The notes below the pieces were generated by a model that saw nothing but the letters and a program-made list of their open reading frames with translations, was not told the origin of the DNA and ran no database searches. A DNA stretch of 64,000 nt from the human T2T-CHM13v2.0 reference genome, Homo sapiens, in assembly GCF_009914755.1 (NCBI RefSeq), contig NC_060926.1; one strand, written 5' to 3'. Positions 16,630 through 28,482 of this stretch are shown here, one piece after another (within the stretch, counting starts at the first letter, position 1; each line of letters opens with the position of its first letter). The position numbers and the translations under genes are program-made.

Positions 16630-17056
16630 TCATAAACCTGGAGGACATTATGTTACATGAAATAAGACAGGCACAGAGAGACAAACACCACATGATCTCA
16701 CATATGTAATCTAAAAAAGTGGAAATCAGAAATCACAGAAGCAGAGAGTCGAGTAGTGGTTAGAAGGGACTGAGTGAGGTTGAGGGTAGTTGGGAAGATA
16801 CTGGTCAAAGGGCACACATTTTAATTAGACAAGAGGAATTCTATTCTACAACACGGTGACTAAAATTAATAACAATGCATTGCATACTTGAAAATTAGTA
16901 AGAGTAGATAGTAAGTGTTCTCACCACAAAAAAAAGTAAGTACCTAAGGTAAAGCAAATGTTAATTAGCTCCATTTAGTCACTGTAGACACATTTCAAAC
17001 ATCATGTTGTACACTATAAGTATATACATTTTTTACTTCTCAATAAATTAATAAAA
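16630..17056 (+). mobile_element. L1MA-type 3' end fragment
   Basis: AACCTGGAGGACATTATGTTA...GAAGCAGAGAGT...TGTTCTCACCACAAAAAA...CAATAAA. Confidence 0.75.
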
Positions 17057-17739
17057 ATCACTTTAATGACAATAAAAAATAATAGGAAGATTTTAGCTCT
17101 CAAGACTAACCAAAAACCGTATTCCTCATTAAGCTACAATTCCAACTCAGAGCAGCACATTTTATTTAAACAACTTTATGCTGCCTTACACCTGTATTTA
17201 AGAACTCAAAGGTACTTCAAAATGACGACACTATATCTAACACCATTACTGGTACCATCTACAGTGTCATGAATCTCTATCATGCTTCTTTGTGTTGTAT
17301 ATATTACTATTAGTTTTTGCAAATAACTGGTGAAAAAAGAAAATAAACAAAGGGGAATGTCCCAAAACCTAGATTCCTGTACTACTCTGGCTAAATGTTT
17401 TCAAGAAAGATAAGTTGGTCAAGTGTCTAAAAGGTACATATAACTTCTGCCCACTTAATAGTATTATAAATTATTGAACTCTGTTGTGACAGTTTAGGTT
17501 CTTCATAAACTTTGATAACTGTGTTAGTTATAACTGATGGAGTCAACTGATGGTGAAAACGAAGAGCCTCCCAACTGTACACGATTGTTTTATTTCCCCC
17601 AAGGAGTCCAAAAGGCAGATGCAGATAGCGGGCAAGTGCTCGAGCTATTTTCTCGCTCACTACCTTCTGGATAAGTCTTTCTGGATAAGACTCAGCATGG
17701 CTTGTGGTCGGCAGCAAGTTATAGAACCCCCAGAGAAGG

Positions 17740-18240
17740 ATCCAGAGACCCCGCGGCCCCTTCCCGCCCTGTGCCGTCACCTCCCCGCTTCCCCGCGTCT
17801 CCCTGGACACCTGAGCCTTCGTCCGCGCGGGGAGCCGCTTTGGTGGCACGCCGGGAGCTCGCCCAGACCCGGCCCCGGCCACGAGGGCCCCGAACCCGGT
17901 GGGGCAGTCCCGCCACCTGCGCGCGGCCTCCTCCAGAGGGCGGCTCTTCCTCCGCAGAACCCGGGACCGGAAGTTCCCTCGGCGCCCCAGGCTCAGCAGG
18001 CGACTCCTCGGCGCCATCGCTGTCGCTGGAATCAGCCGCGCGCTGCCGAAAAGTCCTTTTCGGCCTGTGAGCCATGGCCGAGGCCCGAGCGCCCGGCGCC
18101 CTAGAACCCGCTGAACCGCAAGCCGCAGCTTCAGTGCCCGCCCCCTAGGGCGCGCTCCCGCCGCGCCTGGCCGCCGAGTGCGCGCGCCCGTCCCGCCTGC
18201 CTTCTGCTCACCGCTACTCTGTCTGCGCCTGCGTGCTTTG
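17740..18240. promoter_or_regulatory. GCFC2: CpG island / GCFC2 promoter and 5' UTR
   Basis: Very high GC and CpG density. GC box CCCGCCCC ~18137, NRF1-like TGCGCCTGCGTG 18224-18235, ETS/GABPA ACCGGAAGT 17966-17974; E-box CACGTG just outside at 18381. Confidence 0.85.
17811..18075 (-). CDS. GCFC2: GCFC2 coding exon 1 (265 nt, [21 protein letters not shown]...RADEGS)
   Basis: The ORF 17719..18075 N-terminus matches the human GCFC2 protein as I recall it. The ATG is in GCCATGG context. Donor CAG|GTGTCC at 17811/17810; phase 1 joins exon 2 as G|AA (Glu). Confidence 0.95.
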
Positions 18241-18822
18241 GCTCCCTGGATCTGGTAGGCCGAGTTCTGTTCTGGGGCCTGAGTTTGCAAAGCATTCCCT
18301 TTGCCAGGTTAGGTTGCGTGGACTGACACCTTAGAGATTTTCACGGCCTATCCGGTCTGAGTCCCACGGAGAGCAGAACTCACGTGCTGTCCTTGTGCAA
18401 ACCCCATCCAGAAATCAAGCGTTATGCTTTCCGTCCTGGACTGGAGCCAGATCCGTTGTCTTTTACTTTCTGGAGAGAGTGCCCCCTCCAACCAAGATTT
18501 AAAACAAACGAAACCCCAGCAGTGTGAGGCTCGGGGTAGGAGGAGATGCCTTTGAGAACAAAACCATAAAGTCTGTACATAAACAATGCATACAGACTAG
18601 CAAAAATCAAATGACTTCCCCCAGGCAGCAGGGCTTCAAGAGAGCCTGGTTAAATGTTTTCACCCTTAAAGAAACTATCTAAAAACAAAAAGCTATTGTC
18701 TGACGCAAATTTGTTCTATATTCATCAAGCTCTGTCTACTACTGTATCTGTATGGTAGAAATACTATATAATGTTGAGCTACTGCACACCTGTTATCAAC
18801 TCCATGTTTAGTGGCGTCATAT

Positions 18823-20098
18823 TGAGAGGTGACAGCGGGCCAGCTGGAGTTCCGGGTGGGCATGGGCTTGGCGGGCCTGCACTCGGAGCAGCCGGCCGGC
18901 CCTGCCAGCCCCGGGCAGTGAGGGACTTGGCACCCGGGCCAGCGGCTACAGAGGGTGTACTGGGTCCCCTAGCAGTGCCGGCCCACCGGCGCTGTGCTCG
19001 ATTTCTCGCCGGGCCTTAGCTGCCTTCCCGCGGTGCAGGGCTCGGGACCTGCAGCCCGCCATGCCTGAGCCTCCCATCCACTCCATGGGCTCCTGTGCTG
19101 CCCGAGCATCCCCGACGAGCACCACCCCCTGCTCCACGGCGCCCAGTCCCATCGACCACCCAAGGGCTGAGGAGTACGAGCGCACGGCGCCGGACTGGCA
19201 GGCAGCTCCACCTGCAGCCCCGGTGCGGGATCCACTAGGTGAAGCCAGTTGGGCTCCTGAGTCTGGTGGGGACATAGAGAGTCTTTATGTCTAGCTCAGG
19301 GATTGTAAATACACCAATCAGCACTCTGTATCTGGCTCAAGGTTTGTAAACACACCAATCAGCACCCTGTGTTTAGCTCAAGGTTTATGAGTGCACCAAT
19401 CGACACTCTGTATCTAGCTGCTCTGGTGGGGCCTTGGAGAACCTTTATGTCTAGCTCAGGGATTGTAAAAACACCAATCGGCACTCTGTATCTAGCTCAA
19501 GGTTTGTAAACCCACCAATCAGCACCCTGTGTTTAGCTCAAGGTTTGTGAGTGCACCAATAGACATTCTATCTAGCTGCTCTGGTGAGGCCTTGGAGAAC
19601 CTGTGTGTGGAAACTCTGTATCTAACTAATCTGATGGGGATGTGGAGAACTTTTGTATCTAGCTCAGGGATTGTAAACGCACCAATCACGGCCCTGTCAA
19701 AACAGGCCGCTGGGCTCTACCAATCAGCAGGATGTGGGTGGGGCCAGATAAGAGAATAAAAGCAGGCTGCCCCAGCCAGCAGTGGCAACCCGCTCCGGTC
19801 CCCTTCCACAGTGTGGAAGCTTTGTTCTTTCGCTCTTTGCAATAAATCTTGCTACTGCTGACTCTTTGGGTCCACGTGGCTTTTATGAGCTGTAACACTC
19901 ACCGTGAAGATCTGCAGCTTCATTCCTGAGCCCAGCGAGACCACAAACCCACCAGAAGGAAGAAACTCCAAACACATCTGAACATCAGAAGGGGCAGACC
20001 CCAGACGCGCCACCTTAAGAGCTGTAACGCTCACCGCGAGGGTCCGCAGCTTCATTCTTGAAATCAGTGAGACCAAGAACCCACCAATTCCGGACACA
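18823..20098 (+). mobile_element. LTR12C (HERV9/ERV9) solo LTR
   Basis: Begins TGAGAGGTGACAGCG and ends CCAATTCCGGACACA. 4-bp TSD ATAT (18819-18822 / 20099-20102). ~41-bp CCAAT repeats, AATAAAA TATA-like box 19755-19761, polyA signal 19841. Confidence 0.95.
19290..19725 (+). repeat. LTR12 U3 enhancer tandem repeats (TAGCTCAAGGTTTGTAAACACACCAATCAGCACCCTGTGT-like)
   Basis: Eight CCAAT (NF-Y) boxes counted in degenerate ~41-bp units. Confidence 0.85.
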
Positions 20099-20784
20099 AT
20101 ATTGGCACCTTGAAATCAGCCATAAAGGGACTACTTATACCATATAAATTGGAAGACCTTAGAAGTCCAGGTGTTTCTCCCAGATATCCAGTCATTAAAC
20201 ATTTACCATTGTATCACTGACTATATGTCACCAAAGGAATCGAGAAGAGGCAAAGTTTCTCTGATTGACCTAGCCCCGGAATTTTTTTTTCTTGGCTTTG
20301 TCTTTTTTTCTTGGCTTTTCTCAATAAACTGAAACTCCTTGATGTAAATTTGGGAAATTATATGATACAGTATTATCAGTTATTCACAAGTTATTAATGT
20401 CTTATTATAAAGAGAGGCTTCTCTTTTTAAATCCAGGTAAAATTAGAGAACTACTTGTTTTTTTGTGTGTTTCTTTTGGAAAATTGGCAAATGGTGTGAA
20501 AAAGATATTTCTGGAGAATAGAGATACTTGTGGCATCTGAAAGAACAGCTTCCTATCATGGACCAAGTGCTCCTTGTAGTTAGAATAAACTTTAAAGATT
20601 GGAGATGGAGAAGTGGGTTCCGTTCGGTCCAGTGCTTTTCAGATGCCATCTTTCCATGCAGAATTCCCAAGTTCTGCCATGGATACTGCTCTATACTCCC
20701 TTAGCAGAGGAGGACATCTTTCCAAATTACACTATAAAGTAGTTAATGCTAAACCAAACAGGAGACTATAATTTTTAGTTTAGT

Positions 20785-20932
20785 TAATTTTATGGACAGA
20801 GTCTCGCTCTGCCACCCAGTGCGATGGTGCAAATACAGCTCACTTCAGCCTTGACCTACTGGGCTTAGTGATCCTCCCACCTTAGCCTCCTGAGGATCTG
20901 GGACTACACGCGCATACCCCAATGCCCAGCTA
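20785..20932 (-). mobile_element. Alu monomer (FLAM/FRAM/AluJ fragment)
   Basis: GACAGAGTCTCGCTCTGCCACCCAG...CCCAGCTAA. Confidence 0.75.
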
Positions 20933-21302
20933 AGACTAGCATTTTGAAACAGTGAGGAGAATGAGGAAGATGATCGTGATTGTAATTGGAGAGAAATTCA
21001 GTGTTCTGTTATGCACTCTTAAGGAAACATATTAATATATCGTACAATTCAATCAGTGTTTATTATACACCTACTAGCACAGGCACCATGCTAAGCCCTA
21101 GACTAATGCTTATCAAATCTAATGTTCTTCAAAGCACATGGAAATAGTGTGGACATATAGATACTGATTGAGCTGCTATGTGTAGGAACCAAGAGTCTTC
21201 ATTTCTAGCAAGCTCCCAGGTGAAGGCGAGGATACTTGTCTGAGGATCACTCTAAATAGCAAGGTCCTAGAGCAGATACTAAGTATTAATCACCCTTAAG
21301 AA

Positions 21303-21638
<336 letters not shown>

Positions 21639-22496
21639 TCATATCAGATTGTAACAGCATGTAAATGTTAGGTACCTCAAAATTTAGAAACCTAAATAGC
21701 CCCCCAAAAGGAAAACTAATAAGAATCTATTCAAAGTGAGTAAGGTTATTTAAGTGTAGAAGTTGTTCACCATAAGGGGATATCTGTCTGCACCTCCTCA
21801 AAAAGGGTTCTCTGCCAGCTTCCAAAGTCATTTTAGGTGTTTGTTGCAATTGGAAAGGGGGTCAGCAGGACAGAATTCACTCCCAGTGTTGCTTAAAAGG
21901 CAGCAGTTTATTTAAGGACAATCTAAGTGTGATGTTGGTGTTCTAGAAGGCTGTTCTTTCCCTTCAAAAGTCACTAACTCACAAACGATGTTAAACCAAA
22001 ATGTGAAAACGCTAGGCAGAGTTTACTGTTCTCGGCTGAGTTCAGAGCCATCTGCTAATGTGGACTCATTGTTTACTTTCCCATTTTAAAAGACACTGCC
22101 TCCCCAGACAGAGCCCTTCTTTTACTCATTTTGATATCCTATACCTAGTTTAGTGTTTAGTGCACAACTGACATGAACACAATGAACTAAATGGTTGGAT
22201 GAGGCAATTCTGAAACATCTGTGTTCACTCACGAAAATAAAACTGGAAAACAAGTCACTCTAACTTGTTAAATGCAAACATGTTAAGAGATAGGTGATAT
22301 ATGATGGAGATAGAAAAAACTCTGCTATTTAAAACAGAAATCAAACATTTGTTCTAAGGGAAAGAAGTGAGAAAAATTATTTTCTCTGGGTGTTGCCTTG
22401 GTGGGAGAGGATGAAATAAAGATAACTTATTTAATAAAGGGGGAGGAATCCTGAGTTTTCTCCTCTGTCCCCAGGGAAAGCAGAGCGATGACTCTG

Positions 22497-22612
22497 AGGG
22501 ATAGTTGCCAGATTTAGAAAAAATATAGAATACCTGGTAAAACTTGAAATTCAGATAAAACAGGAGTAGCTTTTTAGTATAAATAGGTCCTATATAATAT
22601 TTGGGACATACA
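22497..22612. mobile_element. MER53-like fragment
   Basis: GTTGCCAGATTTAG...TTGAAATTCAGATAAA...AATATTTGGGACATAC. Confidence 0.55.
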
Positions 22613-22845
22613 TGCATGGTAGATTTTGGAACTCTAGGGTAAAGAGAAGTGTGAAGAATTTCAAAGGGTAGAGAAAAACTTCAGAATCTGAGGTGGAGGG
22701 TGGGGGATGGTTGTAGTCTGGAATCTGAGAGAAATGAGGGTCAGTGAGAAGTTCCCAGTTACATGGGAGAATCGGATGAAGTGCTTTTTAGATACAGTGC
22801 AGTTTTCTTCCAAGGATTTAGTAAAACTTTGCTCCAAATACAATC

Positions 22846-23152
22846 TTTTTTTTTTTTTTTTTTTTTTTTTTCAGACGGAGTCTCGCTTTGTTGCCCAGGC
22901 TGGAGTGCAGTAGCGCGATCTCAGCTCACTGCTACCTCCGCCTCCTGTGTTCAAGCGATTCTCCTGCTTCAGCCTCCTGAGTAGCTGGGATTACAGATGT
23001 CCGCCATCACGCCCTGCTAATTTTTGTATTTTAAGTAGAGACAGGGTTTTGCCATGTTGGCCAGGATGGTCTCAAACTGCTGACCTCAGGTGATCCGCCT
23101 GCCTCAGCCTCCAAAAGTGCTGGGGTTACAGGCATGAGCCACCGTGCCCAGC
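22846..23152 (-). mobile_element. Alu (AluSx-like)
   Basis: Full dimer; TSD TCCAAAT(A/C)CAATC. Confidence 0.92.
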
Positions 23153-24417
23153 CTCCAAATCCAATCTTAACATTGCTGTTGAGATTGAAAGAGTTGGCAG
23201 CTGAGGTCAGGTGGTGGATGAGGAAAAGCTGGTGGCTCCACGATTCTGAGCTGAGGGTGTCAAAGGAGATGGAGTGGATGATAGGAGAGAAGCAGGCTAC
23301 TGAACACGCTGGCTTAGGAGTGGCTGTGAGATAGCCCCTTTCCCCAAATGTACCCAAATGTACCCAAGAAGGTGCAACTTTAAAGTAGAAGATGCTCCAC
23401 GGAGTTACCTATGGGCACAGGAAAAGGGCAAAGAGCAAAACTATATTTCTCCAAACAGCTTTTCCCGATACTCATATTTACCACTGCCTTATGTAATTTC
23501 TCATTTTCATGAATACTAGGATTTTTACCACCATCCTTCATCAAGCAGGTAGAGATAATGCCATATCTTTTTATTTGCCCTACTGTGTTTATTTACAATA
23601 TTAGCTTATTAAGTAATTGGCTGATCATTATGAGAGTTTGTATTATTTCCCTTTTATGTCATTTAGAATTGCAGAGGTTAACAATGGGAAAAATTGGCAT
23701 ATTAAAAATTCCCAACTTCTGGAAATCAATGTCATATTTACCCAAACAGACTTTTCTCCCTAAAGTGAAGTGACATTTTATCCAGCGTGTCTTGCCATTT
23801 AATGGTGGATTCTGAGCTCCCTCTAGTGAGAAATGCGCTTCTTATAAACGGATTGTATCAAATAATCTCATGGAAATTGCCTCCTATAGAGCTGAGTAAT
23901 GAATATATTTTCCTTTTAAGCCAGGCTCTTTAAAACTTTCTAAGAGGACAAAATTTTATGAAGTCATGTTTATAAGTCATTTTTTTAATTAAAAAATTAC
24001 TATGGAAACACATTCATACAAATATGAAACTAACTGTGCTTTCATTTTTTCAGCATCTATTTTTTTAAGCACTTACTATGATAGGGGCCCTGCGCTGGGA
24101 CCAGAAGGTCATGAAACACATGGGGTCCTGTTCCAAAGGTCAGGTGTGAGGAACCCACATTAGCCCTAGGATCTGGTTTATTGGAAATACTTTATGATAT
24201 CCTGTAATCCCAAGTATTGAGAATTTTCTCAATTTTAGGTCCTAATTTTCATAATGAATAGAGGTCTTTGAGCTGTCACTCTTATGTGCCTGAACTAATC
24301 TATTGATTAACTGTCAGATACCCCAAGGACCATCAGAAAAACCTATTGATCAACCAAAGTCAAGTTTATAAGATTAACTACAGTAAGAGAGAACACCACC
24401 TTGACAGAATCTTATAA

Positions 24418-24781
<364 letters not shown>

Positions 24782-24799
24782 AGCTGGGCGATTTTTGAA

Positions 24800-25408
24800 A
24801 AAAATGTGTTTTACTGTGGTAAGAACACTTAATGTGAGGTCTATCCTCTTAACACATTTTCAAGTGTAAGATACAACATTGCCAACTATAAGGACAATGT
24901 TGTACAGTAGGTCTCCAGAACTTACTTATCTTGTACAATTGATACTTTATACCAGTTGATTAGTGATTTGTCGTTTTCCTCTTTCCCCAGCCCACAGAAA
25001 CCACAATTCTACTCTCTGATTTTATGAGTCTGAATATTTTAGATACCCCATGTAAGTGGAAACACACAGTGTTTTTCCTTCTTGGTGGCTTATTTCACTT
25101 AGCATAATGTCCTCAAGGTTAATTCATGTTGTTGCATATTGCAGGATTTCTTTATTTTTTAAGGATGAATAATATTCCCTTCTCTCTATACAACACATTT
25201 CCTTCATCTGTTCATCCTTCACTTGACAAAACAGTACTGCTACTATGGAAAACAATATGAAGATTCCTCAAAAAATTAAAAGTAGAACTACCATGTGATC
25301 CAGCAGTCTCATTTCTGGGCATTTAGTCAACAGAATTGAAATCAGGACCTCTAAAAGATAATTGCACTCCAGTGTTCACTGCAGCACTACTCACAATAAC
25401 TAAGATGG
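24800..25408 (-). mobile_element. L1MA/MB 3' end with inverted 5' segment
   Basis: 24800-25222 is the antisense L1 3' end; 25228-25408 is the sense-strand copy of the immediately upstream L1 segment. Confidence 0.75.
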
Positions 25409-26230
25409 CATGGGTGATTTTCAGTTAGGTCTTGTAAAGAGGTCAAGGTGAAAGGAGTCATGTGAAATAAATCATGCTGTGCTAACCAACCACAAGCTAT
25501 TCATGCAATGGAGATCAAGTTAAGGTCAAAATACATGGCAATTTATAGGCATTAAGAGGAACAATGTCAAAAAAGGTCAGTTTAGAGGGTGGTTATGAGT
25601 GCCTTTCTTCATTTTAAATCCCTTGCCTTTGAGATCTAGGAAAAATTCTAGAGTTTTCCTTCTATTCCAACCAATCAGCTTTCTAACAAATCCAGGCTTC
25701 TTTTCAGTGCCTCCACTAGGGTTTCTCATTTGAGGTACTGAATGAAAAACCTTTCACTCAATATGAAATGTAACACACATCCAGAAAAATGCACAAAACA
25801 AACATGTACAGTTCAAGAACTTATCATAAAGCAAATCCCTCCACAGCCACCAACAAAGTCGAGAAATAGAAGATTGCTAGCATCCCAGCACTCTCTTTTG
25901 TTCCCCTTTTCAATCATTTCACCCTCCCTGTCCCCAGAAGTAATCATTGTTCTGACTTTTACAGTAATCACTTCCTTGCTTTTTTAAAAATACAGTTTTA
26001 CTGCAAGCACACATACTCAAACACTATGATGTAGCTTTGTCTGTTTTTGAACTTTTGAGATCATACCATCTGTATTGTTTTGTGCTTGGCTTTTTTTGGC
26101 TTAATATGTGTTTGTATTATAATTCCACATTGTTCTTCTGTGTAACTGTAGTCTACTATTATTGCTGCGTAACAGTCCACTGTATAGATATGCCACAGCT
26201 TATCTATCCTAATATCGTTGACATTTGGTT

Positions 26231-26526
26231 GTTTTTTTTTTTTTTCAGATGGAGTCTTGCTCTGTTGCCCAGGCTGGAGTGCAGTGGCATGATCTCAGCT
26301 CACTGCAACCTCTGCCTCCCAGGGTTCAAGCGATTCTCCTGTCTCAGCCTCCTGAGTAGCTGGGATTAGGTGTGCGCCACCATGCCTGGCTAAGTTTTGT
26401 ATTTTTAGTAGAGATGGGGTTTCACCATATTGGTTAGGCTGGTCTCAAACTCCTGACCTCAGGAGATCCACCTGCCTCAGCCTTCCAAAGTGCTGGGATT
26501 ACAGGTGTGAGCCACCACGCTCAGCT
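26231..26526 (-). mobile_element. Alu (AluSx-like)
   Basis: Full dimer; TSD TGACATTTGGTT. Confidence 0.9.
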
Positions 26527-28203
26527 GACATTTGGTTATTTTGATTTTTTTGTTATATTACAAATAATGTTATTAAAGCACTTGTGATACAAGTGTCTCT
26601 TTGGGTCATGGGCACACAATTCAGTTGGGTATAAACCTAAGAATGGAATCATTAGGTCATAGGGTAAGCATATCTTCAACTTCACTGGAAAATATCAGTT
26701 CCCAAAGTAGTAATTGCCTAAATTTACATTCTCATCAGCAGTGTATTAAAGTTTCCATGGCTCCTCATACTTGCTAACACTTGGTATTGTCAGCTGTCTT
26801 TGTTTTAGCCATCTGGGTGTATGTCCTTATTCTTTGAATACGAATTTCCTTGATTACTAATGAGGATAAACCCTTTTTCATTACATATATGTGAATACAC
26901 ATATACATAAATATATACAGTATACATACTGTATATGTGTATATGAAAACATATATATACATAAATATATATGTATATATACTGTACATATTAGGCTATC
27001 TGGAGTTCTTCTTTTCTGAATTGCCTGTTCAATCTCTTGCTCATTTTTCTATTGAGTTGTCTGTTTTTTCTTAATGGTGCATAGCTCTCCTGTATGTATT
27101 TTGTATTTAACTGATAGCTGTTTTGCAAATATATTCTCCCAGTTGTGGTTTGCTTTTTCACTCTATTAATGATTGTTTTTGGTAAAGAGAAATTCTTAAA
27201 TGTTTAATGCTAATATAATAAAATCTATTTAACCTTTCTTTACCATTTGTGCTTTATGTGTCCCATTTGAGTAATTTTTCTCTACCCCAGGATAAGAAGA
27301 TAATCTCTGTTATAAATATATAATATACTTACAATTTTTTTTGGTAAGAAGTGAGATGTCAGTCAAATTTTACTTTTTTAATATAGATATCCAAATGATC
27401 TGGTTTAGTTAAAATTATATTATGGAAATCTTCAAAACATATATACTAAGTAAAAAAAGAACAGTTTAATGAGCTTTCATCATTCAGCTTTGACAATTTT
27501 CATCTATGAACAATTTGTTTTATCTGTACTCCCATCCACTTCTCTCCTCACACATTATTTTGAAATAAATGACAGACATAATGTTTCATCCATGAATATT
27601 TCAGGCATCTTTTAAACATAAGAATATTTTAAAAAATGTAATCACAATACAATTATCACACTTAAAAAACAACTAGCAATAACCTTTAATATCATAAAAT
27701 ACTTAGTGTTCAAATTTCTGATTATCTTATAATCATATAATTTTTTACCTTTTGCTTGAATCAGGATCTAAACAAGGCCCCCAAATTGGGATTAGTTGGT
27801 ATATCTTTCAAGCTTTTTTTATCCATAATAATCTTTTCACTCTTGCTCTTGCTTTCCCCACTTGCATTCTTGCAATACATCTGTTAAAAAAAAAAAAAGA
27901 AAAAAGCTAAAGACTTATTCCAGTCTTATTTTGGCTGATGTAATTCGTATGATGTCATTTCTAACATGCTTCTCTGTCTCCTATATTTTCTTTAAGCAGA
28001 GGCTTGCACAGATTCAGGTTCAACTTTTATGGCAAGAATACCTCATAGGAAGGGTTATTTTCTTCCATCTAGATGCACATAATATCTAGTTGTCTCTTTA
28101 TGTGTGCATCTATATATGATGTTAGCTGCCACTAACACTTAATATCGAGATCTAATAATTCATTAGGGCTTGAAAAATGGTGATATTCTCATTCTATCAT
28201 TCC

Positions 28204-28482
28204 TTTTTTATTTTTATTTTTTTAGAGACAGAGTCTCACTTTGTCACCCAGATGGAGTGCAGTAGTGTTACCATAGCTCACTGCAGCCTTGAGCTCCTGG
28301 GCTCAAGCAATTCTTCTTCTACCTGAACCTCCCAAGTAGCTGGGGCTTCAGGTGCATGCCACCATGACTCGCTAAATTTCTTTTTTTTTCTTTATGTAGA
28401 AATTGAGTCTTGTTTTGTAGCAATCCTCCCACCTCAGGCTCCCAAAACACTAGGATTACAGATGGGAGCCACAGCGCTGGCC
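28204..28482 (-). mobile_element. Alu (AluJ-like, internal deletion)
   Basis: CATAGCTCACTGCAGCCTTGAGCTCCTGGGCTCAAG. Confidence 0.8.

Larger units (their letters stand above)
18745..20220. mobile_element. MER63-like hAT element split by the LTR12C insertion
   Basis: Flanks join as CAACTCCATGTTTAGTGGCGTCATAT|TGGCACCTTGAAATCAGCCAT...CATTAAACATTTACC. A similar element sits at ~44840-45040. Confidence 0.5.

Noticed and set aside
17550-18114. Plus-strand ORFs (184, 122, 71 aa) antisense to exon 1, and the palindromic GCCATGGC giving a plus-strand ATG at 18074
   Set aside because: Stop-poor CpG-island sequence with no recognisable domains. The plus-strand ATG ORF is only 24 codons.
17427-18290. 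287-aa minus-strand ORF as a separate gene
   Set aside because: Non-ATG start, overlaps GCFC2 exon 1 out of frame and runs into intron 1. Only the ATG-initiated spliced version is kept as a hypothesis.
19290-19725. Regularly spaced ~41-bp repeats resembling a CRISPR array
   Set aside because: They are degenerate tandem units of the LTR12C U3 enhancer with no unique spacers and no cas genes, in human DNA.
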